A DNA stretch of 64,000 nt from Yuukianura sp. NJ FZ-2021. Lineage: Eukaryota. Location of the stretch: the NCBI GenBank assembly GCA_046563655.1, contig CM102283.1:310001-374000 (forward strand). Direction: 5' to 3'. The notes below the pieces were generated by a model. It did not search any database and was not told the origin of the DNA. It saw only the letters and a program-made list of their open reading frames with translations. A program made the position numbers and the translations under genes. The first letter of the stretch is position 1; each line of letters begins with the position of its first letter. Below, in pieces: positions 25,201 to 38,756 of the stretch.

Positions 25201-28200
25201 CTGCGAGTCAGCATGCCACTGGCGAAGCCAATAAAACTCGATCACGTCAAGGGATGGGACAAGTGATCCGTATCTTCATAGACTCAGTGGCCTTTCCGGC
25301 ACTCGCGAAATAAGTCATAACGACACAAAAATATTGGTTAACAGCCGCGTAATGTTTAGGCGTTGGTACCTCGGCGTAAGAGCAAGCAGAAAGCGGACTT
25401 AGGTGGTACTATTGTAACAAAGAAAAACCTATAATTACATCAGGTGAACTCGTAAAAGCCCTGATATCAGTTCTCTTCAAAGCCAAATTTTGAAGTGATG
25501 AGAAATAGTCGTTGCTATAGTTTTACAGTTTGATTAAACTAGCTTTGTTGACGCTCATGTTGTAAACTTCAATGCATTTGCGCTTAGTTTGAAAATGTGT
25601 TTCTCCAGAATACTTTGGTGCTGTAAGCCTCGCTCACCTTTCCCAACAGCAAAAATAACTGTGAAATGCACCCAAAGAAGAACAACGTGATTTCTGTAAC
25701 AGGGCCAAAATGTGGCACTGGACTGCGAGTCAGCATGCCACTGGCGAAGCCAATAAAACTCGATCACGTCAAGGGATGGGACAAGTGATCCGTATCTTCA
25801 TAGACTCAGTGGCCTTTCCGGCACTCGCGAAATAAGTCGTAACGACACAAAAATATTGGTTAACAGCCGCGTAATGTTTAGGCGTTGGTACCTCGGCGTA
25901 AGAGCAAGCAGAAAGCGGACTTAGGTGGTACTATTGTAACAAAGAGAAACCTATAATTACATCAGGCAAACTCGTAAAAGCCCTGATATCAGTTCTCTTC
26001 AAAGCCAAATTTTGAAGTGATGAGAAATAGTCGTTGCTATAGTTTTACAGTTTGATTAAACTAGCTTTGTTGACGCTCATGGTGTAAACTTCAATGCATT
26101 TGCGCTTGGTTTGAAAATGTGTTTTTCCAGAATACTTTGGTGCTGTAAGTCTCGCTCACCTTTCCCAACAGCAAAAATAACTGTGAAATGCACCCAAAGA
26201 AGAACAACGTGATTTCTGTAACAGGGCCAAAATGTGGCACTGGACTGCGAGTCAGCATGCCACTGGCGAAGCCAATAAAACTCGATCACGTCAAGGGATG
26301 GGACAAGTGATCCGTATCTTCATAGACTCAGCGGCCTTTCCGGCACTCGCGAAATAAGTCGTAACGACACAAAAATATTGGTTAACAGCCGCGTAATGTT
26401 TAGGCGTTGGTACATCGGCGTAAGAGCAAGCAGAAAGCGGACTTGGGTGGTACTATTGTAACAAAGAGAAACCTATAATTACATCAGGTGAACTCGAAAA
26501 AGCCCTGATATCAGTTCTCTTCAAAGCCAAATTTTGAAGTGATGAGAAATAGTCGTTGCTATAGTTTTACAGTTTGATTAAACTAGCTTTGTTGACGCTC
26601 ATGTTGTAAACTTCAATGCATTTGCGCTTGGTTTGAAAATGTGTTTCTCCAGAATACTTTGGTGCTGTAAGCCTCGCTCACCTTTCCCAACAGCAAAAAT
26701 AACTGTGAAATGCACCCAAAGAAGAACAACGTGATTTCTGTAACAGGGCCAAAATGTGGCACTGGACTGCGAGTCAGCATGCCACTGGCGAAGCCAATAA
26801 AACTCGATCACGTCAAGGGATGGGACAAGTGATCCGTATCTTCATAGACTCAGCGGCCTTTCCGGCACTCGCGAAATAAGTCGTAACGACACAAAAATAT
26901 TGGTTAACAGCCGCGTAATGTTTAGGCGTTGGTACATCGGCGTAAGAGCAAGCAGAAAGCGGACTTGGGTGGTACTATTGTAACAAAGAGAAACCTATAA
27001 TTACATCAGGTGAACTCGAAAAAGCCCTGATATCAGTTCTCTTCAAAGCCAAATTTTGAAGTGATGAGAAATAGTCGTTGCTATAGTTTTACAGTTTGAT
27101 TAAACTAGCTTTGTTGACGCTCATGTTGTAAACTTCAATGCATTTGCGCTTGGTTTGAAAATGTGTTTCTCCAGAATACTTTGGTGCTGTAAGCCTCGCT
27201 CACCTTTCCCAACAGCAAAAATAACTGTGAAATGCACCCAAAGAAGAACAACGTGATTTCTGTAACAGGGCCAAAATGTGGCACTGGACTGCGAGTCAGC
27301 ATGCCACTGGCGAAGCCAATAAAACTCGATCACGTCAAGGGATGGGACAAGTGATCCGTATCTTCATAGACTCAGTGACCTTTCCGGCACTCGCGAAATA
27401 AGTCGTAACGACACAAAAATATTGGTTAACAGCCGCGTAATGTTTAGGCGTTGGTACATCGGCGTAAGAGCAAGCAGAAAGCGGACTTAGGTGGTACTAT
27501 TGTAACAAAGAAAAACCTATAATTACATCAGGTGAACTCGTAAAAGCCCTGATATCAGTTCTCTTCAAAGCCAAATTTTGAAGTGATGAGAAATAGTCGT
27601 TGCTATAGTTTTACAGTTTGATTAAACTAGTTTTGTTGACGCTCATGGTGTAAACTTCAATGCATTTGCGCTTGGTTTGAAAATGTGTTTCTCCAGAATA
27701 CTTTGGTGCTGTAAGCCTCGCTCACCTTTCCCAACAGCAAAAATAACTGTGAAATGCACCCAAAGAAGAACAACGTGATTTCTGTAACAGGGCCAAAATG
27801 TGGCACTGGACTGCGAGTCAGCATGCCACTGGCGAAGCCAATAAAACTCGATCACGTCAAGGGATGGGACAAGTGATCCGTATCTTCATAGACTCAGCGG
27901 CCTTTCCGGCACTCGCGAAATAAGTCGTAACGACACAAAAATATTGGTTAACAGCCGCGTAATGTTTAGGCGTTGGTACCTCGGCGTAAGAGCAAGCAGA
28001 AAGCGGACTTAGGTGGTACTATTGTAACAAAGAAAAACCTATAATTACATCAGGTGAACTCGTAAAAGCCCTGATATCAGTTCTCTTCAAAGCCAAATTT
28101 TGAAGTGATGAGAAATAGTCGTTGCTATAGTTTTACAGTTTGATTAAACTAGCTTTGTTGACGCTCATGGTGTAAACTTCAATGCATTTGCGCTTGGTTT

Positions 28201-31200
28201 GAAAATGTGTTTCTCCAGAATACTTTGGTGCTGTAAGCCTCGCTCACCTTTCCCAACAGCAAAAATAACTGTGAAATGCACCCAAAGAAGAACAACGGGA
28301 TTTCTGTAACAGGGCCAAAATGTGGCACTGGACTGCGAGTCAGCATGCCACTGGCGAAGCCAATAAAACTCGATCACGTCAAGGGATGGGACAAGTGATC
28401 CGTATCTTCATAGACTCAGTGGCCTTTCCGGCACTCGCGAAATAAGTCATAACGACACAAAAATATTGGTTAACAGCCGCGTAATGTTTAGGCGTTGGTA
28501 CCTCGGCGTAAGAGCAAGCAGAAAGCGGACTTAGGTGGTACTATTGTAACAAAGAAAAACCTATAATTACATCAGGTGAACTCGTAAAAGCCCTGATATC
28601 AGTTCTCTTCAAAGCCAAATTTTGAAGTGATGAGAAATAGTCGTTGCTATAGTTTTACAGTTTGATTAAACTAGCTTTGTTGACGCTCATGTTGTAAACT
28701 TCAATGCATTTGCGCTTGGTTTGAAAATGTGTTTCTCCAGAATACTTTGGTGCTGTAACCCTCGCTCACATTTCCCAACAGCAAAAATAACGGTGAAAAG
28801 CACCCAAAGAAAAACAACGTGATCTCTTTTACAGGATCAAAATGTGGCACTGCACTGCGAGTAAGCATGCCACTGGCAAAAAACCCAACAGGTCATCAGT
28901 TGACCTCGTAAAAGCCCTGATATCAGTTCTCCTCGAAGCCAAATTTTGAAGTGATGGGAAATAGCCGTTGCTACAGTTTGACTGTTTGATTAAACTAGCT
29001 TGGTTGACGCTCATGGTAAACTTCAATGCATTTGCGTTTGGTTTGATAATGTGTTTCTCCAGAATACTTTGGTGCTGTAAGCCTCGCTCACCTTTCCCAA
29101 CAGCAAAAATAACTGTGAAAAGCACCCAAAGAAAAACAACGTGATCTCTTTTACAGGACCAAAATGTGGCACTGCACTGCGAGTAAGCATGCCACTGGCA
29201 AAAAACCCAACAGGTCATCAGTTGACCTCGTAAAAGCCCTGATATCAGTTCTCCTCGAAGCCAAATTTTGAAGTGATGGGAAATAGCCGTTGCTACAGTT
29301 TGACTGTTTGATTAAACTAGCTTGGTTGACGCTCATGGTAAACTTCAATGCATTTGCGTTTGGTTTGATAATGTGTTTCTCCAGAATACTTTGGTGCTGT
29401 AAGCCTCGCTCACCTTTCCCAACAGCAAAAATAACTGTGAAAAGCACCCAAAGAAAAACAACGTGATCTCTTTTACAGGACCAAAATGTGGCACTGCACT
29501 GCGAGTAAGCATGCCACTGGCAAAGCCAATAAAACTCGATCACCCCAAGGAATCAAGTTATCCGTACCTTCCTAGACTAAGTGGCCTTTCCGACACTCGC
29601 GAAATAAATCGTAACGACACAAAAATATTGGTGAACAGCCTCGTAATGTTTAGGCGTTGGTACCTCGGTGTAAGAGCAAGCAGAAAGCGGACTTAGGTGG
29701 TACTATTGTAGCAGAGAAAAATCTATAATTACATCAGGTGAACTCGTAAAAGCCCTGATATCAGTTCTCTTCGAAGCCAAACTTTGAAGTGATGAGAAAT
29801 AGTCGTTGCTACAGTTTGACTGTTTGATTAAACTAGCTTGGTTGACGCTCATGGTAAACTTCAATGCGTTTGCGTTGGGTTTGAAAATGTGTTTTTCCAA
29901 ACTATTTTGGTGCTGTAAGCCTAGGTCACCTATCCCAACAGCAAAAATAACTTAAAAGTACCCAAAGAAAAACAACGTGATCTCTTTTACAGGACCAAAA
30001 TGTGGCACTGCACTGCGAGTAAGCATGCCACTGGCAAAGCCAATAAAACTCGATCACCCCAAGGAATCAAGTTATCCGTATCTTCATAGACTCAGCGGCC
30101 TTTCCGGCACTCGCGAAATAAGTCGTAACGACACAAAAATATTGGTTAACAGCCGCGTAATGTTTAGGCGTTGGTACCTCGGCGTAAGAGCAAGCAGAAA
30201 GCGGACTTAGGTGGTACTATTGTAACAAAGAAAAACCTATAATTACATCAGGTGAACTCGTAAAAGCCCTGATATCAGTTCTCTTCAAAGCCAAATTTTG
30301 AAGTGATGAGAAATAGTCGTTGCTATAGTTTTACAGTTTGATTAAACTAGCTTTGTTGACGCTCATGGTGTAAACTTCAATGCATTTGCGCTTGGTTTGA
30401 AAATGTGTTTCTCCAGAATACTTTGGTGCTGTAAGCCTCGCTCACCTTTCCCAACAGCAAAAATAACTGTGAAATGCACCCAAAGAAGAACAACGGGATT
30501 TCTGTAACAGGGCCAAAATGTGGCACTGGACTGCGAGTCAGCATGCCACTGGCGAAGCCAATAAAACTCGATCACGTCAAGGGATGGGACAAGTGATCCG
30601 TATCTTCATAGACTCAGTGGCCTTTCCGGCACTCGCGAAATAAGTCATAACGACACAAAAATATTGGTTAACAGCCGCGTAATGTTTAGGCGTTGGTACC
30701 TCGGCGTAAGAGCAAGCAGAAAGCGGACTTAGGTGGTACTATTGTAACAAAGAAAAACCTATAATTACATCAGGTGAACTCGTAAAAGCCCTGATATCAG
30801 TTCTCTTCAAAGCCAAATTTTGAAGTGATGAGAAATAGTCGTTGCTATAGTTTTACAGTTTGATTAAACTAGCTTTGTTGACGCTCATGTTGTAAACTTC
30901 AATGCATTTGCGCTTGGTTTGAAAATGTGTTTCTCCAGAATACTTTGGTGCTGTAACCCTCGCTCACATTTCCCAACAGCAAAAATAACGGTGAAAAGCA
31001 CCCAAAGAAAAACAACGTGATCTCTTTTACAGGATCAAAATGTGGCACTGCACTGCGAGTAAGCATGCCACTGGCAAAAAAACCCAACAGGTCATCAGTT
31101 GACCTCGTAAAAGCCCTGATATCAGTTCTCCTCGAAGCCAAATTTTGAAGTGATGGGAAATAGCCGTTGCTACAGTTTGACTGTTTGATTAAACTAGCTT

Positions 31201-32050
31201 GGTTGACGCTCATGGTAAACTTCAATGCATTTGCGTTTGGTTTGATAATGTGTTTCTCCAGAATACTTTGGTGCTGTAAGCCTCGCTCACCTTTCCCAAC
31301 AGCAAAAATAACTGTGAAAAGCACCCAAAGAAAAACAACGTGATCTCTTTTACAGGACCAAAATGTGGCACTGCACTGCGAGTAAGCATGCCACTGGCAA
31401 AAAAACCCAACAGGTCATCAGTTGACCTCGTAAAAGCCCTGATATCAGTTCTCCTCGAAGCCAAATTTTGAAGTGATGGGAAATAGCCGTTGCTACAGTT
31501 TGACTGTTTGATTAAACTAGCTTGGTTGACGCTCATGGTAAACTTCAATGCATTTGCGTTTGGTTTGATAATGTGTTTCTCCAGAATACTTTGGTGCTGT
31601 AAGCCTCGCCCACCTTTCCCAACAGCGAAAATAACTGTGAAAAGCACCCAAAGAAAAACAACGTGATCTCTTTTACAGGACCAAAATGTGGCACTGCACT
31701 GCGAGTAAGCATGCCACTGGCAAAGCCAATAAAACTCGATCACCCCAAGGAATCAAGTTATCCGTACCTTCCTAGACTCAGTGACCCTTCGGGCACTCGC
31801 AAAATAAATCGTAACGACACAAAAATATTTGTTAACAGCTTCGTAATGTTTAGACGTTGCTACCTCGGCGTAAGAGCAAGCAGACAACGGACTTAGGTGG
31901 TACTATTGTAACAAAGAAAAACCTAAAATGTCGTCAGATGAACTCGTAAAAGCCCTGATATCAGTTCTCTTCAAAGCCAAATTTTGAAGTGATGAGAAAT
32001 AGTTGTTGCTATAGTTTTACTGTTTGATTAAACTAGCTTTGTTGACGCTC
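7276..32050. repeat. Satellite array of a 522-bp monomer, 49 units (~24.8 kb)
   Basis: TGACGCTCAT recurs every 522 bp from 7801 to 28681 (40 periods), after a 520-bp first unit. Eight terminal units follow (~324, 322, 516, 514, 522, 325, 323, 516 bp). Central units differ by only a few SNPs. Confidence 0.98.
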
Positions 32051-32055
32051 TATCT

Positions 32056-32249
32056 AGCTATCCCCCTAGGTTACTATAGCGTACACACTGATTCTTAGAT
32101 ATGTACGAGTGAGGGATTAGTCTCAATATAGCCTTTCGCAGAGCAACAAGCTCTTCCGTGTCTCTTGTCTGTCCATTTGACCTCATCTCTGGCTGACCTC
32201 GGCTCCACCGAGCAGCCATACAGGAGATATCCGGACGTTTCCCGTCTCA
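32056..32249 (+). repeat. 5' LTR (first ~25 bp missing)
   Basis: Direct repeat of 40413-40606, followed by the PBS-like TGGCGACAAC. Confidence 0.95.
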
Positions 32250-33322
32250 GGTGGCGACAACAGTGACTCATGACGAGTCTGGAGTCTACACATCCGAAGA
32301 TCCGAAAACACCGAAAGGACAACTTCAACAACAAAAGGAAAGAAAGGTACCCCTAACACATTAAGCTGCAACCAATTAGTGCTTTGCTTCGCTGTTTTCA
32401 TTAGAATAGCGGGTTTTCAGGTCACATTAACGTTTCTTGTGCACGGGTCATGCCCGCTTTTTCTAAAAAAAAGGCTAAAAACTTAAAGTTTACAAAATTT
32501 TCAAAATGGCTGTCCACATGAGTCTGCAATAGAGAGAAAAAAAAAAGAAAAAAAAGGAGTTCAAAAGTAAAATAAAGTAAAGACATTCGTATCAGTGAAT
32601 TAGCATATTCAATTATCTTTTTCTTTCAATTGCATCCAGTGCACTTTACCAAACATAACGGAACACAGCATCAGCACATAAACAAACAAATCTCTTCAGC
32701 TCCTTTTGCTTATACCTTGATGGTAACGACATTGATGGTCTCGGCGCTAAACTTTTTCTTCTAAAACTGCCTTGTACAGGCAAATCCCTTGATGGGAACT
32801 AAAAGTCAACGGCCTACAGTTAACTTACAAAAAACAAACACTCCCTTGATGGGAATTAAAGTCAACTTTTGCAAGTTTAACCCACAAACAAATTCAAATT
32901 AACAAAAATCAAATACAAAAGACAACAAGTTTAACTCAAAAATTAAAATACAAATTCAATCTGCGGAGTAACGGAAAATTTAAAAATCAAATCAATCTAA
33001 ATTAACAAATCACAAAAATCAGAGAATAACATCTCATTTCCCAAACTCTTTCCGTCAAACACAATTAAAGTCAATTCAAGTAAAATCAAATCAATACAAA
33101 ATACAAAGTATAAAGTACAATTCAAATAAAAATAAATGTAAAACCCACCTTGAAGGTAAACGCCCTCGAAGAGAATTTCGACTCATGTTCCTGATTGGAT
33201 GATGACGACCGGCTCATTTCCTTGTATTTTTCTGTATTTCCCCCCAGACCATGGACCCCCACCCCCGGATTTTCTGGACCAGACCCCCCGGAAGACCCCC
33301 ATTTGGCCCCCCCCCCCCAATG

Positions 33323-33520
33323 TGTAGTGGACCCTGATCCGCACCCCACTCACCCCCATAGGCTAAGTTAGGATACGGCACACAATACACACACACACTC
33401 ATTCTCTCAGTCTCAATAAACCATCCGTTGGTTTCTCATCTGTCTTGGTTGTCTCTCTCTCCGTACGCTTCCTTCTTTCCAGCATCCATCGCCAGGGTCA
33501 GAGGTCACTCCCCCGGCACA
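33323..33520 (+). repeat. LTR of a second, related Gypsy family (with its 3' UTR from ~33185) inserted before gag
   Basis: TGTAGTGG...CCGGCACA with AATAAA at ~33415. The upstream context (CCCCGGAAG...AATGTGTAGTGG...CACCCC) parallels the host element's 3' junction (CCCCAGAAG...AATGTGTAGCGG...CACCCC). Confidence 0.65.
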
Positions 33521-33572
33521 AATCAGAGATCAACAAAAAGCACTACGAGAGGCCGAACAGGAACAACAAATC

Positions 33573-34965
33573 ATGCAGCTAATTGAGCAACAAAAAATAG
33601 AGCAACAAAAAGACGTTCCACAATTTACACTACTTTCAAATCAATCTTCAACATCTCAACGAGCTATTGTACCAGTGCCATCTAGCCTCACTCAAACTCA
33701 AACTCAAACAACTCCAACATTGCAATCGAGCTTAAATAGCGTTTCTGAAACAATAGTCGAGGCAATAAAAAACATTCGCCTAACTACAGTCAACTAACAA
33801 ATCCCATTGCCAAATTTGACGCCAGACGTCACACAGCAGAATCCTTTTTGAAAGACGTTGAACGTTATTTTGTCAGTCAAGGTTATACCGCTCCCCAATG
33901 GCTATACCTCGTAAAAACGGTACTTCCCGAAGAATGTCATGCTTGGTGGCAACATACACATTCCCAATCTCAATCGTGGGATCAATTCAAAAAAGAATTT
34001 ATGGACAGATTCGACGGGAAGGGGGAACAACAGAAAAGAATGAAATTTTTAGCAAACAAAATGCAAGGATACAAAGATCCAACTGAAACGTACATTTACG
34101 AAACATTGCGTCTCGCCAAACTCTGCTATCCAAACGACAATACTTCCGAATCACTTCAACGTATACAATCATCGTCATTTCCCCGAATTCATACACAACT
34201 AATTCTCAGATCCAGCTGATATGTTCAGAGCAATTAAGAAGATTCATGAAAATTTAAAAGCGGAAGACAAGAAAAACAACATTTATGATGCACTACCGCC
34301 ATTAGTCGCACTCTCGCTTCAAAATAACTCTCATTCTCAAAATTATCATCAAAACTCCTATCGAGGAGCACCCAAAGGAAATTATTACAACAGAAGAGGA
34401 AACTCTGAAAGGCCAAACCCTCAGAATTCAGGAACTTCAAGATTTTACAATTCAAATCCACAACAAAATCCACAAAATCAACAAAATGAACAAAATCCAG
34501 AAAATAACGCCCAAGAAGGGAACCCACCTAGAAGGGAATTCAACAATTACAACAATAGAGGTTATCGCCCTCGTAACAATTACCGTGGACGTGGTTACAC
34601 AAATTATCGTGGAAGAGGTTACCGTGGAAACAATCGTCGAAGTTACAACAATTCCTACAGAGGTTACAATCCAAATCGTCGTCCTTACCGTGGTTACGGC
34701 GGACGAAACGGCAGACGAAATTACCAAGAATACTACCAACAACCTTACCTCGAAGGTCAAGGACAACAAAACCAAAATCAAAATCAAAACCAACCAGATC
34801 CAGGAAATTCTCAAAAATGCACAAAATGCCTTGGCTACGGTCACAGCAAAAGATTGTCCTACAAAACAAGGATTAGTTCTGTGTACTCAGAATGATCCCG
34901 CCTTTGTTCAAAGTTCAAGCTCAAATGAGCAACCTCAATTTCAAGACAATCAAAATTTAAACTAA
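33573..34965 (+). pseudogene. gag: Gypsy gag (capsid-like region, RG/N-rich region, CCHC knuckle), disrupted
   Basis: FLKDVERYF..CHAWW..SWDQFKKEFMDRF retrotransposon-gag motif; YRGRG repeats; CTKCLGYGH/AKDC knuckle across a frameshift. Confidence 0.85.
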
Positions 34966-35049
34966 TTACGGAGGATAAGAAAGCGCAATGTAATCTCCTC
35001 CCAATTCTAACATTCAATGATCCTGACTGCGCAAATTCATCAAATCAAA

Positions 35050-38000
35050 CAGAATCATCTCAAATTCGAACACTTTTTGATACTGGCAGTGATTACACTA
35101 TCATCGACATCTAATTGGCAAAGAAAATTCAAAAATCTTCGATCAATGCAAGGAAAAATCATTCTTTATTGCAAATAATTCAACAATTCAACCAACTGGC
35201 ACAATTCAATTGCAAATTAAGTTTGGAGAAAACGTTCTCCACACTACAGCCTACGTCATGGAACAGTTACCATTTCAATTAATAATTGGCAACGACGTTC
35301 TGAACAAATATCAAATCATCATTGATGTCTCCGAAGACAAATCTTGGTTCAAAAATCAACCAAACATCAAATTCAATACTCAATTCTCCAAAACCAATCC
35401 AAACAAAACTGTGTGTCTCAACGTCACAAAAGAAGATCCAACTCCACAGTCAATTGTAGACCCAACAGAAAAGAAAATTCTCGACTTACTTGCTCAATTT
35501 CCAGAAGTAGCAAAAAACGGCAATGAATACGGCAGAACAAACTGCACTCGTCATGAAATTGAGACAATTGGTCCACCAATTGCTCTCCAATCATATTCTT
35601 ATTCTCCAAATATTCGAAAAATTCTAAATCACGAAATTGAACAACTACGGAAAAAAGACATGATCCAACCATCAAGTTCACCTTACGCAGCCCCTGTCGT
35701 CATGGTCAAAAAGAAATCAGGCTCTTATCGCCTTTGTGTCAACTACATGAGACTAAATGAAACAATGAAAACTAACGCAGGCCTAATGGACAATGTCAAT
35801 TCAATTCTACGTACAATTCCCATGAACCACGTTTATTCTGTTATCGACATGAATGGCAGGTTTTTCCAAATTCCAATGCACGAGAATAGCATTCACAAAA
35901 CAGCATTCATTACTCAAGATGGTCACTACGAATTTAAAGTTATGGCTATGGGACTCAAAAATCACCAAAAACCTTCCAATCATTAATGCGAAACGTTTTA
36001 CATGGATATGTGGACGTTTTCGTCAAAATTTTCATGGATGACATACTCATTTACTCAGAAAACATGGAACAGCATCTTATTCACCTTAAATTAATCCTCC
36101 AAAGACTAAAGGAAGCCAATTTAACAATCAATAAATCTAAATCGACATTTACAAAACCCTACGTTGGATACTTTGGTCACATCGCTTCCAAAAATGGTAT
36201 TCAAAAAGAACCACACACGATGATCGCAATTAATAATTACGCAATTCCACAAAACAAACCCGACCTCTTCCGATTCCTAGGTCTCTGCGGATGGTACTCG
36301 ACTTTTATTCCAAACTTTAGTCAAAAAGCGGAAGCCCTCTACCATTTACTACGAAAAGAAAACGCATGGAGATGGGACCCTCCGCAACAAAAATCATTTG
36401 AAGATTTAAAAACAGCCATCTGTGCAGACGTCATACTCGCAACTATCGACTATTCAAAACCATTAATCATGCAGTGCGACGCTTCAACCAACGGTTTAGG
36501 CGCAGCACTTGTGCAAGAATATGATGGGAAAGAACGCCCCATCATGTTTGTCAGCAAGACTCTCAAAAATTCGGAACGTTCAGCTCATATCTACGAAAAA
36601 GAACTCTACGCAATTATTTCCGCTTACGACAAATTCCATGAATTTATTGAAGACCACCCCTTCATTATTGAAACAGACAACCGAGCAATCCGATATTTAA
36701 AAGGCATGAAAAACAAAAAACCCAAACTAATCAAATGGGCAATTGAAATTACATCATGGAATACGAAACTATGGTTTCGAAAAGGTTCCGAGAACGTGGT
36801 AGCGGACGCGTTATCGCGGGCAAGTGTTCCTGAAAATGAAGACGATCCTGATCTATTTAAGAAAGAGAAAAGCTTCACCTTCCAAAATTTCTCCTTGTGT
36901 ACTGCACAGCATCCTTGATGGAGATAGCCCAGGAGCAACAAAAAGATCCAATTCTTACCAAAATCATTACTACATTAAACTTTTCGGAAAACCTAGGGCC
37001 CGGGAACTCCAAGAAGTACAAGATGGAAAATAACACATTATTCATCAAAATCTCACCATTTAAACTCACTACTACAAATCAAAAATTGAAATCAATTCTC
37101 CAAAAGACAACAGGACCGTATACACCTGATTGTCAAATTCCAATTTGTACTACAAAACAATGTCCTCATTTTCAAAAATCTCAAGAAACTAATACTACAG
37201 GAGAAATCCACCTTGATGGTTTATTTACAAAAAAACACTCTGATGAGTTAATAAAAAATCTAGAAGATTACTTTGTTCCAGTTATTCCAGAAAATTTAAA
37301 ACAAAAAATTCTCCAAATATTTCATGATGCACCCGAAGCCGGCCACTTCGGAAGAAAGAAAACAATTGAAAGAATCAAGCAAAGATGTTATTGGAACAAC
37401 ATGAATAAAGAAACTGCAGGCTATGTCAAGTCCTGCCCAAAATGTCAAGCATCATAACCAACAAATCAAAAGCCTTATGGTCTTTTACAGTTAGCGAAAT
37501 CAGCTACTTCAGTATTTTCAACTTTACATGTGGATTACATGGGACCATTTCCCACAAGCATTGGCGGAAGACAACATAAAAATTTTCTTGTCGTCATTGA
37601 CGAATTGTCCAAATGGGTAGAATTATTCCCAATAAAGGACGCTACAGCAGAAAAAAACAGCAAACATTATCGAAAATAAAATATTTTGCAGATTCGGCGT
37701 TCCAAAGAAAATCCTTTCGGACAACGCTAGACAATTTGACGGCAATGTCACTGCCGAACTATGTGAAAAATGGGGCATTGAACACAAGTTCATCGCAGCT
37801 TACCACCCTCAACCGAATCAATTAGAAAGAACAAATAGAAACATAAAAAAGATGCTCCAAATCTACATTGAATCAAGTCACCACAAATGGGATGAACACA
37901 TACAGAAATTTGCATTAGCAATTCGAACTGTCATAAACGAAACAACTCAAGCCTCACCTTCACCACTTAACCTTGGCAGAGAAATTAAACTGCCGTTTGA

Positions 38001-38680
38001 TCGAAAACTAGAAGCAGAAACGGAAAATTCCGAAAATGCTGTTGAACAACTGAAAAAGTTACCAGAACTACTAAAAGAAATGATTCATTTTGTGAGAAAA
38101 AATATAAACAATGCACATCAGAAATCTAAAATAAATTACGACAGAACTCACCGTCAAGACAATTTTAAAACAGGAGAATTAGTTCTCATTAAATCTCATT
38201 TCCTGTCTGACAAGGACGCAGGATTTATGGCCAAACTTTATGGCAGGATTTATAGCCAGGATTTATGGCAAGGACCCTATGTGTCAGGTTAAAGAACTTC
38301 TAATGTAACCTTTGACATATTACAAATCGAAGACAAAAAATCTATTGGTAAAAGACATGTGTCGCAAATAAAACCATTTGTTCAAAGAGAAACAAAAATA
38401 AAAACGTTACTGAACTACCAAAAGACAATTCAAACTCAATTAATCAACCAATAGCTGTTAATGAAACAACAGAACCTTCACGTAGAAATCTACGAGACAG
38501 ACAAAAATTAAATTATCGCGAATTAGCAGGTTTTCGTTCAAAAACTATCGCTATAATCACTGAATCCGAATGGGATAAATTATTAAACTTCAACGATTAT
38601 TTAGAATCGTGCGACGAAATTATTATCGAAACAAAGAAAAACTTAGAAACACACCTTGATGGTTCTATACTAACTACATA
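35050..38680 (+). pseudogene. pol: Gypsy pol: protease, RT, RNase H, integrase (frameshifted)
   Basis: LFDTGS (PR, ~35075); PSSSPYAAPVVMV..YRLCVNY..KTAFIT..FMDD (RT); CDAS..GLGAALVQ..KELYAI..ETDN..NVVADALSR (RH); HDAPEAGHFG..CPKC, DYMGPF, AYHPQ.N..ER.N (IN). Confidence 0.95.
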
Positions 38681-38756
38681 AAGCTTGCATGACGCTTGCA
38701 AAATACTAAAAATTAATCACTCAACTAAAATGTAATATTTTTCTTTATATTACAGA

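Noticed and set aside
29468-29512. Apparent micro-exon (TTTTACAG...GTAAGC) in divergent satellite monomers
   Set aside because: 26 nt, frame-shifting, degraded in the main monomer, and no host gene context.
7264-31896. Dozens of near-identical 70-aa ORFs (MIEFYWLRQ...) and longer variants, as a tandem gene array
   Set aside because: They start at non-ATG codons, show no recognisable domain, and change length with indels in variant monomers; by-products of the satellite.
7276-32050. Satellite as a CRISPR array, 5S/snRNA/tRNA cluster or hammerhead ribozyme satellite
   Set aside because: No unique spacers; no 5S, U-snRNA or tRNA signature seen; CTGATA and GTGATGA do not form a hammerhead core with GAAA and three stems by eye. 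An Rfam scan would be decisive.
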